Source of the DNA: Marsupella aquatica
Lineage: Eukaryota; Plantae; Marchantiophyta
Direction of reading: 5' to 3'
Assembly (NCBI GenBank): GCA_973895155.1
Contig: OZ316897.1
Span: 9,385,832 to 9,449,831, forward strand
DNA length: 64,000 nt
The position numbers were made by a program, and so were the translations under genes. Shown one piece after another: positions 45,802-59,149 of this stretch (its first letter is position 1; each line of letters begins with the position of its first letter). The notes beneath the pieces were generated by a model. It ran no database searches, had not been told where the DNA came from, and saw nothing but the letters and a program-made list of their open reading frames with translations.

Positions 45802-48137
45802 ATGGCGAAAGAAGGAGCCGTCCCTAGCTTCAAGCTGAATACAGGGGCATTGATGCCGGCCGTGGCTCTGGGAATATCTGCCATAGGATTATCTCCAGAC
45901 GAAACCAAACATTACGTTCTGAAGGCGCTTGAGGTGAGATATTTCGAGCATACCAATTCTTCTTAGTTTTCAGAGTTGGAATGCGGATGGTTTTCCCCTC
46001 ACCTAGGAAATCAAGTATAAGTGGAGGATCTCTCTGCTCCCTTTCGTTAGAGTGATTTGGTTGTCCCTCCAGAAAGTAGATCGTGGACGTCACCCTGTCA
46101 TCCTTCAAAGATGGCCCCTCTGTAGTGAGTTAAACTCAACACTTCAATTTCTTCTGTGTCCAGTTTTCAGAGAGGGATCTCTTTGCTGTGTGCCTTGGCT
46201 AGAACCTGGGGAAAGGTTGGACTTTCTTGAATGTAACACTGCCCATCCTGGCTCATTTTCTATCAGCATGTTGATGAAGTGGTCTGCCATTTATGATAAA
46301 CCTACTGGATTGTTGAATCTCTTCGTGTGAAACGATCTTTGTGTACACTGCTGTTTTGTGTCACTGACTGTTCCGTTGGAGTTGATGTAGATTGGTTACA
46401 GGTCTTTGGATACAGCAAAACTTTATGGCACCGAAGCTCCTGTGGGAGAGGCTCTCCAGGAGGCTTTCAATAGTGGGTTGGTGAAGCGAGAGGAGGTGTT
46501 TGTGTGCACAAAGATTTGGATTGATGACTTGGATCCCCCTTCTATAATCCCTGCTATGCAAAGGAGTCTGAGGTAATGAACAATGACGACATTGAAGGAT
46601 CCCTGAATTCTATTTGGTAGCCCTGACTAACATTGTAGCCCTTGTAGAGTCAAACCAAAATGCCTTATTCGTCATATGAGTCGATTGCTAAAGTGGCTAT
46701 GACACGACGTGTGACTTTTGCACAGTTTGGTGTTTTTTTTAATCATTTCCTTTGTAGGACGTCAGTCTATTCCGAAGTCGTAAATCAGCAATTTCTTCAC
46801 TCGAACCCGAAATGGCAAAATTCTTTCACTCCCGTGGTGACGCCCTTACGTGTCGTCATCGTCCATGTCTCAAAAACGATGCATTTGTGTATCTGAGCCT
46901 TCTTGTGTTCAATGGAGTCATTATGTGATTGCGTAATACCAATTTACTACTGATTGTTTAACCGATCGTGCAGTGACTTGAAACTGGAATATGTGGACCT
47001 GATTCTCGTGCACTGGCCATTGCGATTGCGGAAGGGTGCGGATTGTATGAATTTCCAGGAAGACGATGTGTTGCCACTGGACCTGGTGGGATGCTGGAAG
47101 GAACTTGAGAAGGGTGCGGAACTTGGACTGGCGAAAGCTATTGGAGTAAGCAATTTCAGTACAATGCGGTTAAAAGAGATAGAGCCCCATGCCAGAATTG
47201 TCCCTGCTGTAAATCAGGTGCGAAGCTTATCACCTCAACCTTGAGGGTGTATTTTGACATTGTCCTCTTGTGCAATTTTGGCTGATATTCCATGAGGTGG
47301 GAAATGGCGTTCCCCAAGCTCTGTTTTCTTGAAGTCCTGTCTAATCGGATAACAGCACATCATAAATTCTCATCATTTTCCTGGGCCGTTTGGTCCAGCA
47401 ATGTGGGGGATGCCTTTTTCTACTGAATTTGCAAAGCATATACAACTCTATCTTCCGATTTAAGTACTTAATAACCTGGCGTTTGTCGTCCGTGTTCACT
47501 TTCTTCAATGCCATGGTAGATGGAGATGCATCCAGGATGTGAGATAACGAAGCTTAGGGAATATTGCAACCAGAAAGGGATTCATGTGACTGCATGGTCG
47601 CCATTGGGTGCTCCGGGATATGGTGGTGCGTGGGGCACAAATGCTGTCCTTGACAACCCTATTTTGAAGCAGATTGCCGAGAAGCATGGAAAGACAGTTG
47701 CTCAGGTTCAATACGCCATTCAACATGCCATTAACTTTTCCTTTGTCTCATCTATCCTGCTTGTCTGTGCTACATACATGGCTGCTTGGATGAACCGTTC
47801 ATTCCAGTGCAGGGATTAACCCTCATCACATGGAACTCTTTTTCATTCATGATTGAAGAATTCGCAAATGCAGGTTGCAACAGACTAATTTAGAGTAGGG
47901 ATGAATCTGCAGGTTGCTCTTAGGTGGTGTTTGGACAAAGGCGTGGGCGTGACAGTGAAGAGCTCCAATCCCCAGAGACTGGCTCAAAACTTGGACCATT
48001 TTGATTGGACTCTTGCTCCAGAGGATCATGAAAAGATCAAGGGAGTTACGCCATTCAGAATATTTGATGCATCACTTTATTTTAAGTTCGCCAATTCTCC
48101 TTACAAATCCTTAGCAGATGTCTTCGACGATTATTGA
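45802..48137 (+). CDS. Aldo-keto reductase copy 2 (plant AKR4 family), 322 aa, intact
   Basis: Exons 45802-45933, 46391-46572, 46974-47217, 47520-47705 and 47913-48137 (969 nt, all GT-AG). Catalytic D-Y-K-H in DTAKLY, TKIW and LVHWP; also IGVSNF and VNQMEMHP. Confidence 0.93.
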
Positions 48138-49358
48138 AGATCATGCAGAGCTTCAATATATATAAAGCTGACTTTGATGCGGGACAAGAAGGAAGAGCCG
48201 ATTGAGCATGCTTAGAAGTCGTCACACAGCCAGTGTTGCTCTGTCTAGTGTTGCGCTGTCCATCTCATTAAAGTCAGACTTGGTAGAAGTCCGCTATTAT
48301 AGACTTCACACAGCTAGTTTTGCTCTGTCTAGTGTTGCGCTGTCCGTCTCATTCAAATCAGACTTGGTATCTGCTTCAAGGAGGTATCTTGGGAGCGGCC
48401 CGGTCGAAATCCATGAGAACACTAGGTTGTCCACGATACTCTGCAGAGGGGGGGGGGGGGGGGGGGGCGTCCAGCAGTATCACAAATTTTCTCCTCTCTA
48501 GCTAATCCATGAGTATACCATGAAGTTGGGCGGTAAAGCCATTTCTGGTTGGTGGACGAGCTCGAGAGGAGGACTGTTTGTGCTTAACAATCAAAAACTT
48601 GTATTTCTGTATCACGGGTTGGATCGGCCGCACAAATAAAAGCTAAAGCTATGGAACAAATAATATTCTTGTAAATTATGTCGCATGCTTGGAAGATTTC
48701 TCATTATTACGTCTACCCTGCAGCCTTGCTTCTCATCCAAAATCACATGAAGAAAGCTTACATCGTCATCACGAAATATCTGAAAGGTAGTACCTCGAGA
48801 GCAACGGCTCAGAAAAATATGAACAATGTATGAAGTATTTGAAACGCGTTCAGCGTCTCCCGAGCAATGGCTCGGATTTGGTATCAGTGCTTAATAGAAT
48901 GCTATGCGCTTGTTACTGAGCAATGGCTCAGAAAGAAGAATGACCTCCGTGTTTAGAACAGCCTAGAGAGCAAAGAGACTTGATAATTGTCTTTTGAGCT
49001 GGATGTCAAGGACAGGATTTGGGACCAATTGTACAAATGATTAAAAACTTGACTCCAGAAATGTCTACTCATCATCTACCCGCACAATACTGTCTGCGTG
49101 TTCACTTACTGTGTATAGAATGTCCCGCAGTTTATAATGGGAACTAGAATTTCGTCGACTGAATCACCCACTTCCTTCAATTTCACTCATGTCAATACGT
49201 TTCGCTGCATCCCTAATTGTGGCCGCCCGCCGGTTTGTAAAAATCAATCCCGGCCATCCGAAGGGGTTCTCCCCAGCCTTTTAACTCATGACAAATTCAT
49301 GGGCCAAATCACGAACCTTCCTGTCAAATTCCGAATTTGACAATCCACTGCGCACTTC

Positions 49359-50999
49359 TCATGTCCCTTTCGTAGATGACTGGTGTAAACACTCTTGAAG
49401 AAAACTGCTGACCTGATTGCTATATATTTCAGGGAAGCTCCGGAAATGGTCCACATGAGGAGATGATTGAAAATTGCAACTCCTCACAATACGACCTTGT
49501 TGCCGCTGCTCTTCCATGAAAGACTCCACCATTTTTGACGGAATTACCTTGTCCGCAGTGCTGTAAATGTACAACTGCGGGCACGGGGGTTGTTGTTTGG
49601 AGAGAACAGTCACCACCTCACTCAATCGATTCTGAATCGATGGAATTTGCAGAAATACAACGAAAAACTTCTCTAACAGTTTCAGAAAAGCTGATTCCGC
49701 TACGTGAGGCTTTGATTTCTCGACAGAGATCGTGTGCCTGGAATCAGCAATGCCCGAATCTCGCATGCTACCTCCATTGGATGCACTACTACGTTTCTTC
49801 AAGAGAGCGGCGGAGAATCCAGACGCCCAAACCTGCGGATCAAGATCTGCAGCTGGTGCGGAGTCCACAACACAGCCTTTAATCCTCTCAACCGAATTTC
49901 CCCTTGATGACATTTTCTCCAAAACGACCCCATAAGTGAGCCAACCAGTGTTGCTGAATGTATGGAAAATCAACTGCTTCTCTCTGCCCTTCTGCCCCGC
50001 AGTAGTCTCCTCAGCTAGCCATGCTGATAGCTGGTTCGTCAGCTGTTCCACATGGTCATCAGCCTTTGTCCCCACCGATAAACTCAAAATGTCAGCCATG
50101 GGCACAGTGAAGGTTACGGCATTGATCCCCCGCGCATTGTACCAGTCAGCATACTTCTTCAAATGCTTCTGTTGCGAACCTAACCACCCTAACAACACCA
50201 CCGTCAACACCGGCTTGGTGCTGGGTGTCTCTCCGTGGTCATCCTCAGGATTCCGTGGCTGGAAATTCGTCGGCGAATGCCATCTATGGAGATTCTCCGA
50301 AGATATCACTAACCGAGACGGTTGATCTTTGGGAGCGGATGGCAATGGCGAGGAGAAAAAGGATGCCAGATGGAAGGACAGATCAAAGGTATCAAAAGAC
50401 TGAGAATTCAGGTACCATGACGAGGCCATGGCAATAGGAGAGATGGCGATCCCCAGAAATGTATGGTGAGAAACAACTCTCGTGGTATACGCTTTGAATT
50501 GGGAGTGAATTTCATCCCTCGGGAACTCCAATGTGGAGTATAAGTAGGAGGGACGACGAGGTAAGGAATTGAAAAGTGGAGAAATTGCTCCAGAAGCGGA
50601 GCACAAACGTGTAGATGGAGAGCAATGCGCTACTTCAGGGGTAATAGAGTTTACAGACCCGATCCGGGGGACAGCAACCCGTGTGAATTGGATTGCAGAA
50701 ATAGGCATGGAAGGCCGCATATCAACACCAGCCGAGAGGCTCCCAGTGGCTGCTGATGATGCCAGAAGACTGGAAGACAAACTACATCCTCCAGAAAATG
50801 ATGACGACGACGCAGCAGAAGACAGCAACGCAGGGTTCGCGGCGTGGAAAAGAATTGTAGGGACCAGTGGGTGCAACCTGTCTGTGAAGCACACTGCGGA
50901 TGTCGCCGCAGTGGCAAGAGCAGCAGCTGCAACGACCACCCCCGACCTTCCTACTGACGCCCCGGCCATCTTTGGAACTCCACTGAAGAACCTGTACAT
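49359..50999 (-). CDS. TMEM53/DUF829-family alpha/beta-hydrolase-like protein, intronless CDS, 546 aa
   Basis: VVLLGWLG..KHLKKY, FHTFSNTG, VDSAP, LYIYSTADKVIP, SPHVDH; long Ala/Ser-rich N-terminal extension. Confidence 0.92.
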   Translation of the reverse strand: MYRFFSGVPKMAGASVGRSGVVVAAAALATAATSAVCFTDRLHPLVPTILFHAANPALLSSAASSSSFSGGCSLSSSLLASSAATGSLSAGVDMRPSMPISAIQFTRVAVPRIGSVNSITPEVAHCSPSTRLCSASGAISPLFNSLPRRPSYLYSTLEFPRDEIHSQFKAYTTRVVSHHTFLGIAISPIAMASSWYLNSQSFDTFDLSFHLASFFSSPLPSAPKDQPSRLVISSENLHRWHSPTNFQPRNPEDDHGETPSTKPVLTVVLLGWLGSQQKHLKKYADWYNARGINAVTFTVPMADILSLSVGTKADDHVEQLTNQLSAWLAEETTAGQKGREKQLIFHTFSNTGWLTYGVVLEKMSSRGNSVERIKGCVVDSAPAADLDPQVWASGFSAALLKKRSSASNGGSMRDSGIADSRHTISVEKSKPHVAESAFLKLLEKFFVVFLQIPSIQNRLSEVVTVLSKQQPPCPQLYIYSTADKVIPSKMVESFMEEQRQQGRIVRSCNFQSSPHVDHFRSFPEIYSNQVSSFLQECLHQSSTKGT

Positions 51000-52624
51000 C
51001 TCTGCTGCTGCGACGAGCTCCGGCCGGCGGAATTAGTCGGCCAAAAGAATAATAATCTTACCATTCCCTACCCTCGGTGATAATATTAGTAATCTGTCAG
51101 AACCGATATCGTTTGCAGGATACGTATGTGCCAAGAGGCGAGACCAACCAACAAGGCCCCCTAACCCTAAAATTCCATGTCGTAAGGTTTGCTTCGCCTC
51201 TCGACTGCAGCTCCCTCCGCAGCAACTTTGATGCTGTCCAACGCCGCAGGTGAGGGAGGACGACCTCAACTTCTTATCGTTAGTGTTCTCAATTGCACGC
51301 TGGATGAATCCCTGCTCTCTGACTCTCGTAGTCAATTCCCACCACTTCGTTCAGTAAGGAAGACAACATCTCAAAGTCGACGAACCGGAAACACGGCGAT
51401 CAATCATCAATTCACCAATTCATCAATCAAGCCCAGCCCAGCTCAGCCTGGCATCCCGCAGAGACAGTCAACACAAAAGCGCACGCTAGGAAAGCTCAGG
51501 GCAAGGACTTCAACGATGCACAGGTCACCCTCCGAAGCCAATTCCTCAACGGGAATGAAGATGTGGCATCCACTTCCCTGCGAAACAGAACTACTTCTGC
51601 TTACATGCTCTTAAATCCAATATTAAGCCGTCAACAACGCCACCACCTGCATACGGCATGTGTGTAATTCCCGCCCCGCCGGCGTAGAGTAACCGCACCA
51701 CGCCCGCCAGCCGCCCACACGCAGTCTTCCAACAGCAAGCCGGTCCTCGCCCGTCCAGTTATCATCCAAGCCAGGCGAGGCCAGGCCAGCGTGCGGCACA
51801 GCACAGCACAGCACAACACAACACAACGACCAACTGGCCACAGACGACTCTCACCACGGGGTCTGATGATCGGGTCTCCGCATCGAGAAGCAAGGACTTT
51901 GAGAGGTTGACAACCAGTACTCCGTATTGTTTGTTAGTGCCCCTGTCCGGAGCAGGGCACCCATCTCGTTCACAGTCTGAATCGAACGAACGACAGATTC
52001 GGAGAACGCGCACGAAACAGAACAGATTACACCGAAAAAGCTACAAGGTCAAATCTGAAAATACCAAAATGAAGGGTGCAGAGCAAGGAAGAAAAATGGG
52101 AACGGATTGGAATCAATGGGATGAAGCTGCTGCTCGCTGTGGAAAAAGGAGAGGGCGAACGGAATGAACGCGTGGGAGTCGAATGATACGCCAGCGCGAA
52201 GCGCGAGGAAGGGAAACGGAAGGGAGGGGTGGTGGAGACTTCGACGACGAAATGATTCGCTTCTCGCGCTGTCGCCACCTCCTCTCCTCTCCTCTCCTCT
52301 CCTTCCTTCCGTGCTACAGATTAATTCCATTCCGCAGCGGGCAGAAGCAGTATCTTATTATTCGAACGAGACTGATACGAACATTTCTACGAATCGTGTT
52401 GGGGCATGTTGTGCGTTCGCTGTGGAAAGAAATCCGGTGCGTGTGTGCTATCTATAGAAAGAAAGCGGGTCTGCGTTTGCTGTCCATGGAAAGACAGTGG
52501 GATACCCGAAAGAAATGGGAAGAAGAGGTGGACGCTAGCGCTACCGTGGCTGGCTTCTCCTCGTCTTGGCCATAGTCTATATAATATATATATTAATTTG
52601 TTAGTGGACCCCATCTGTTTTGAT

Positions 52625-52880
52625 TGCGGACCCCACTAGAGGTCCCTTCCAAAATTCCTAGCATCATATTCCAAAATTCCTAGCACCAGAGTGTGTCATG
52701 CCAACAACAACCGCAACAAACAAAATTCATCAGTTTTGTGAATCAAATTTATAATTTTCATTCATGTTTATGTCAATTTGAGTGTAAATTTTGTGACGCC
52801 ATGCCGTAAAAAGAAAAGTAAAAAATTGGAAATACAAAGAGCAAGACAATTAAAATTGTCACTACGTAACTGATTTAGTT
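52625..52880 (+). repeat. Dispersed repeat homologous to 4140-4380
   Basis: See 4140-4380. Confidence 0.65.
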
Positions 52881-53838
52881 ACATTTCCAATTTTAAAACT
52901 TAAATTTAAAGATTTATAACAAATATTTTTCATATAATAAATAATGACTAATAACTAACTTGATAACTTCTTTGTTAAAGGGTAATTGGCACCTGCAGTA
53001 AGATTTCCAACCCTTTGCAATTAAAGTAAACTGCTAGCCATGGTCCAAACTTGAACATTGAACGAACTGATACAATTCATTTAATCAGACATTCATCTAA
53101 TTGCAAATGGACTTTGTCACAAATTGAATTCTGACTCTCGTAACTTGAGAATTTGGTAGCATGTAGCGAAAAGGCCCGATTTTGACAACTGCTTGTGATA
53201 ACCATGTTGTCAATTAGCCAAGGGGTCCACGAACTAATTGAGATTCTAAAGTAGGGAGATATGTGTTGGACAAGATATGAATTTTTTTGGAGAGGGACAC
53301 TCTTTGGCTATCTTGTTTCATTCAATTTAATTGAAATGTATTTTTATGTTCATTTGGTATAGTCCATGCTTATTTAGATATTAGTCATTTTTTGCGGCCC
53401 CTTTAACTTTTTTAATGTCCTTAGTTTTTTTTTAGGTCTCCTCTATTTTTCTTAGCATTTTGAGGGGCATATAGGTTATAGAATTTACATTGTTCATGGT
53501 TTATTGATGAACAGGTGTCACCTAAATAGAGAGCCCCAAATAGAGCCAAAAGTTTTTTAAAAACAAAGTTCACTAGTTCAGGCTCTTCTCTTTGAATTGA
53601 ATCATAAAGTGTTGGTGTACTTATACAAGTACATTGACTAATACCTTGACATTAATTCACATGTCTTCAAATAGTGTATTTTTCTCATTTTTAAAAAGGC
53701 ATGCATTAATTTTCTTATAATCATTCTTCAATACTTGGTTTTTAAAAACTAGTTAAGTTAAAATGTCTACTCATTTCAATTCTTTTAGATAAATCAAAAT
53801 AGGCATGTAGTAGATGAACATGCTATATAGATAAATGT

Positions 53839-53960
53839 GGAGAGATATACTTAGTGGACCTCCAAATGCAACTTTCTCTCTTAATGGACCAAAAGTTTCC
53901 CACACCCTCCCAATGGACCCCAAAGTTTAGATTCTCTCCCAATGGACCTCCGGGCCCACT
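53839..53960. repeat. Candidate Mutator terminal region with subrepeats (A)ATGGACC
   Basis: GTGGACC followed by AATGGACC three times at ~28-bp spacing, at the switch from AT-rich flank to element-like sequence. The partner TIR is not in the window. Confidence 0.4.
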
Positions 53961-54524
53961 CCGTACAGGCATGTTCTTATGAAACAGCTTACCACGCAGT
54001 TCGAGTCCACTGCGTACCCTATGGAAACCGTGGTTGGTCATGTGTAGTCGGCCGTCAATAACGTCGCAGTCCACAAGCGTCGTAGCCCTGGCGGCAATCG
54101 AGCTCCGCTCAGCACCATGGCAGTTTTTGTGAATACAGTATGACTATTGTATTCAAAACAATAATTGAACGAGTTTGCGGTGGCATTGGAGCCTTCGTGC
54201 CCGGCCTCACAGGATTTCAAAATACATTGTCACTTTAGTGTTCAAGATACAAAGGAAATAGTTTATTGGAGCTTGCAACAGCCGGCAAGCCGTACCTCCC
54301 CGAACCTCCTTGCTTTTATGAAGACATTGTCCATAATGTGTACAAATCTTAAAGGAATAATTTTCAAAATTCAAATGTGCCCGCCCTTTATGGAACCCTT
54401 TTGGAACCTGTTTTGTTGTCATTTGGTTTGTTTCTCGACATTTTCTCGCATTTTCTCGTGTTGCTGGTTCCGGCTCGTGTTGCTGGTTCTTATTGTTCCT
54501 GCTGTACCCGCTCGTGTTCCTGCT

Positions 54525-55159
54525 ATGTCGACCCTTGAGGATGTGCGAATTGCAATGAAGGAGCGGCCAGACAGCATCATTGGGCCAAGGTATATGTTTG
54601 TAATTTTCACTCTGATTTCCCATGGCCCAGAAAGTTCACTTATAGAGGTTGCAGGCATGGCATTGGCGGTGGTTTGGTTTGTGGGAAGTCCATTGAGGCA
54701 GTGGAGCAATGCAAGCACGACCCACTGGTAGACGGTAACAATTGTCATTTGTATAGGTTCGATATTTGCATGGTGGATGCATATGAGAACACTGGGCCAT
54801 TCAAGGCCACTATCTTTCAAGCTGCACGAGAGCTTGTGGACATGACTGCTGATGAATTTGCAGAGTATGGTACCATTCGCCAACTTGAAACAATGCACCA
54901 GCAAATTTCTCAGATCCCATACTGTCTAGTGTGGATTAAGGCAGGACGACACTCTGCTGTTGTGAATAAGCTTGTTGTTGAGATGTGGCGATGCCCTCCT
55001 AGTCGTGCCCCTATGAGAACAAGAGTTGAGAAAGTGATCAGCAGAAGCAATCTTGTGGATGTTGATGTCCTTATGCAGCAGTTGGAGGTGACTGCAACAA
55101 TGATTTCAAAGTTTCGCTTGTCCACCATCGAATCCGCCGAAGACTCGAAAGGCAAATGA
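54525..55159 (+). CDS. RPA70 C-terminal-like OB-fold/zinc-ribbon protein (needs a 41-nt intron or a 1-nt frameshift near 54590-54632)
   Basis: FTYRGC..VCGKSI..CKH..YRFDICMVD..TGPFKATIFQAARELVDMTADEF resembles the RPA1 DBD-C pattern YxAC..CxKK..C..RY..D.TG..TxF..AExLLG.xA.EL. Confidence 0.55.
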
Positions 55160-55953
55160 TAGGGATGTTGTGTCATGCAGAATACGTTTTGGTTGTTGTA
55201 TTCTTGTTATTTCTTGAAGAGATTGGTGGTTTGGTAAGATGATTTAGTGTCATTTAGCATTCTCCGTAGCTTCAATGATGAACAATTCGCATTTCAGATG
55301 AGTATTGGGGGAGCCCTTCAGTTGCATAATTTTGAAAACCTGTATTGTGTAATGGGTATTTTCTCTGGCGTTATGAATAGAATACAACATTGTTTATGTA
55401 TTCTCTGATCTATCTGTTATGTAACACGTTGCAACATTCTTTTGTATGTTGAGAATACAACACAGAATACTACATGGTGTATGTATACTTTGAATTCTAT
55501 TTCATGTAACACGTCTAGGTTGCGCCTGCTTTGCTACTTCATTGCTAGGGTTTAGGGTGCACAATCAGTTGGGCGTATGCCTTATCTTTGGCGAGGGTTT
55601 AGGATTTTAGAGAGATGGTGGCCGATGAGCGAGGAGGATTGTTTTAGGGAGGGATTCCACTATTGGAGCTCGCAAATCGATCGATCGAAGGCCTGATGTG
55701 CTGGTGAAGGGGGATTGCGCGCGATTGGGAGTGATTGGGAGCGATCGATTTAGGGAGCTGGTCATGGGGGACTGCGCGCGATTGGGAGTGAGTGAGTATA
55801 GAGCGATTCAGGGAGCTGGTGCTGGTGAAGGGGGATTGTGAAATCACTTGGGATTGCCTGTCGGGTGATTGGAGTGACTGTCGAGCGATTCAGGGAGATC
55901 AAGGAGTGAACGTTGGGCAGGTCGGTTGGGTTTTGAACCCAACCAAGGTAGTC

Positions 55954-58906
55954 ATGGTGCCCCATGCCAAGAAACTAACATTGGCAAAGGAGGGACAGCA
56001 TTTTCGATACCGTGTAGGCGAGCAGGGGAACCACGTATTCAAGTGTATATGCGTCGGTCATGCTCCTCGCGGTTTCTCTTCGTTCAAGTCATTTCAGACT
56101 CACTTGAGCACCAAGCATGGCCGAAAACTCCCTGCTGATTTGTTGGAGATAGGCCTGCCTTGGTTGAGTTCAAAACTCAACACCTCTCGTCCCGCCAAGA
56201 AACCACGGAAATGCAGCAACAACAGTGGTAAGAAGACGGAAGGTGCGTCATGGATTCAATTACAGTCGACTGCCAAGCTAAGATGGCAAATGACGAAGCA
56301 ACGCAAAAAGAATCACCTGAAGGTGGACTATTGCGTTTCAGTTCTGGGGAAGAAGGAGCCATCGGTTCCATCGAAATCGGTGCTTGTTCGTCTCATTAAG
56401 GTCTACCACATTCGTCCGAAGGAGAAGAGTGGCTGGGGCTGCTTGGTAGATGATAGTTTCTTTGAGATGTTACAGGAGCATGTCAGCTCTGCTCCTATCA
56501 CCAATGTTGTGTATCACTGGGCCGAGCATGTGCAGCAATTGCCTGCTCAGTTGCCTGTGGATCGAAAGTTGCATGCTTTGCAGGTTGATTGTCGACTATT
56601 ATAGGTACTTTTTCCGCTGAGAGATGTCCCTGCCCAGTCTGTCCAACCTTCAGCAGGTGAGGAGAGTAGAGAACTCATTGTTGCAGACGCCTTGGAGTTT
56701 TTGAGGAAGAAAAGGGAAAGTCTATTGTGGAAAGTCGGAGCAAAAGAAATCGATTTTGACCATGCCTATCCAGACTATGTGAAGTGGAAAAAGGAGCAGA
56801 AGCATCTGTCAATTGCCACAACCGGTCGGAATTGTGTGAAAGATTACACAGGTGATGGCATGTCACAAGAAGAAGCAGAGGCAGCGGTACGTAACACAAT
56901 CATTTTACTTGCCTTTGCATTGTTGTGTATACTTCGCGCACAATGTTTACACCAGTTTTCATATTGCAGGCTGGAGTTCACGAAGTGTGGGTTGATACCT
57001 CAGATGAGGAGGGGTACGAGCCCACCCCTGACAAGTGGGGATTAGATTATCATGAGTCCTCTGATGAAGAAGACGCAGCAGAGGTATAGTTCCTCTTCCC
57101 CTTCTGCCAATGATTTTTTCTGAATCTGCATAGTTTGACAACATTGACCGGAATGTCTACAAAACTTCAGGTTCCTTTGAATGATGAAGCTCAAGCCAAA
57201 GAATCAGGGAAGAAAGGAAAGCCACGCAGGAAGCCAAACAAACCCAAGAAGCAGCCTCCACAGAAAATTACGCCTCCTGTTGACACTCAGGAAGCCGATG
57301 AGGTAAATTTGCACTTCCAATGTAATTATCCCATTTGTATACCATGATATCAATGTATGCACGAGTGTATGCACGATGGTTTAGTGCTCTTAGCCCGAGT
57401 ATTGCTTTTTCAGGTTCCTCCCAACAAAGGAGCCGAAGCCAACCAATCAAAGCAGAAAACAAAAAGAACCAAGAAATCTGTAGAGCCACCACCGAACGGC
57501 AACACCACCCTTCCCGTAGATTCTCAGCAAGCTGACCAGGTAACGTTTACAGATGAAAGTTCTTTGCAACATGTGTAAACAGTGTGGAGAACGTTTCCTG
57601 TTTTATCAACACTGCAAGTTCAAGAGTAGGACATTATGTTGAATACCATGATGTTAATGTATACTCACTGTTTGAATGCGCCTGTACCCCGAGTACTGCA
57701 TTTTAGGATCCTGAATCCCATGAAGGACCTACACCCGAACAATCTGTAGAGCCACCACCGAACGGAAACACCACCCTTCCCGTAGATTCTCAGCAAGCTG
57801 ACCAGGTAATGTTTACAGATGAAAGTTCTTTGCAACATGTGTAAATAGTGTGGAGAACGTTTCCTGTTTTATCAACACTGCAAGTTCAAGAGTAGGACAC
57901 CAATCTTATGTTGTATACCATGATGTTAATGTATACTTACTGTTTGAATGTGCCTGTACTCCGAGTACTGCATTTTAGGTTCCTGAATCCCATGAAGGAC
58001 CTACACCCGAACAATCTAAGAGGAAATCAAAGAGAACCAAGAAATCTGTACAACCACAGAAGCCCGTGCCTGAGGTAAGCGTGTTTTCAATAGGCCAAGG
58101 AGGAACATTCCAGCGTAGACAGTGGTAAAAATGTATTCTATGTGTACTTATTTGATTTAAACATGCAATCACCTTAGTTTGCAATGACAGGGACCAAAGG
58201 AAGGAGAGCAAGCAACGGCACCCCCGGAGACAGAAAAAAGTGAACCTAGACGTTCAAAGAGGAAGCAAACAACTGCTCCCACCGAAGAGAAAATTGCCCA
58301 AACAAAAAGAAAGACCAGAACTAAAACCAAGGTAAGTACAAATCATTGTGTACTATGTGGCCATATTGTATAGGGACTAAACACATGATTCGCTTGATAC
58401 TGATTTCAGCCTTACAATTGCAGGATTCATCTAAACAAGTCTAGGATGTCAATGCACAACCAGCACCAGAGGGAGGCAACACTATTGAAACTCAGGGTAC
58501 TGCCCTTCCACCGAATGTGTCTGCAATCCCATCAGGAGAGGTGACTGCACCGGTAGGGAGCACACCTTATGTAATTGACTTTGGTGGCATGATTGATTGG
58601 TAAGATGTGTTTCTTTGTTGATTGCTTTCATATGTGAATTTGCAGGAGTACCAGAAACCACCTGATGTGCAACCAGACCCATATGCAAGTAGACGTCGGA
58701 GAAAATTGACAGTTTGTGGGCCATTGGGCAAGGCGCAAAGTGAATTTGTAATCCCAGGGTCTGTACCACAAGAGGTCACTATGCAGGAGGACGATATTTT
58801 GGATTCCTTGCACGCATCACAAATTCTCCAAGACTGTAGCCAGGCTGATGTTACCTCTTTTCACAAGGCAATCGATAAAATGATTAATAATGTGGATGAA
58901 GTTTAG
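55954..58906 (+). pseudogene. Multi-exon accessory gene: N-terminal C2H2-like finger and Lys/Pro/Glu-rich tail; in-frame TAG at 56602-56604
   Basis: FKCICVGH..F..F..HLSTKH. ORFs 55792-56604 and 56692+ are in the same frame. GT-AG-bounded short exons at ~56970, 57171, 57414, 57708, 57979 and 58646. Confidence 0.6.
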
Positions 58907-59149
58907 GGTACAATTAGCAATATCTGAGGGATAGTCTAGGGTACCTAGCCCTGTTTTGTCACCAATGTGTTCATGATAATAAATATGAAATGTTCCTGCA
59001 TTTCTTGCTCTCTTTGAAGACTATATAACATGATCTGTTCCAAAAATGGTCATAGTAGATCTGTGTCTGGGATACAATATGTATGTTGTATTCACATTTT
59101 CTCTGACTTTACGATGAAGATGCCCCACTATCGAATCCTTCCCACTGAC

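Larger units (their letters stand above)
36020..48375 (+). repeat. Tandem segmental duplication (~36020-41870 and ~42623-48375) carrying the AKR gene
   Basis: Colinear similarity of upstream repeats, exons, introns and 3' UTR, with an offset of about 6.5-6.9 kb. Confidence 0.9.

Noticed and set aside
35671-48468. Poly-C (~35671-35690) and poly-G (~48448-48468) runs as inverted ends around the AKR pair
   Set aside because: The flanks are not homologous, and the poly-C is an expansion inside the LINE RT relic.
51033-52639. Many short ORFs upstream of the DUF829 gene
   Set aside because: GC-rich leader/promoter with microsatellites; no recognisable domains or consistent frame.
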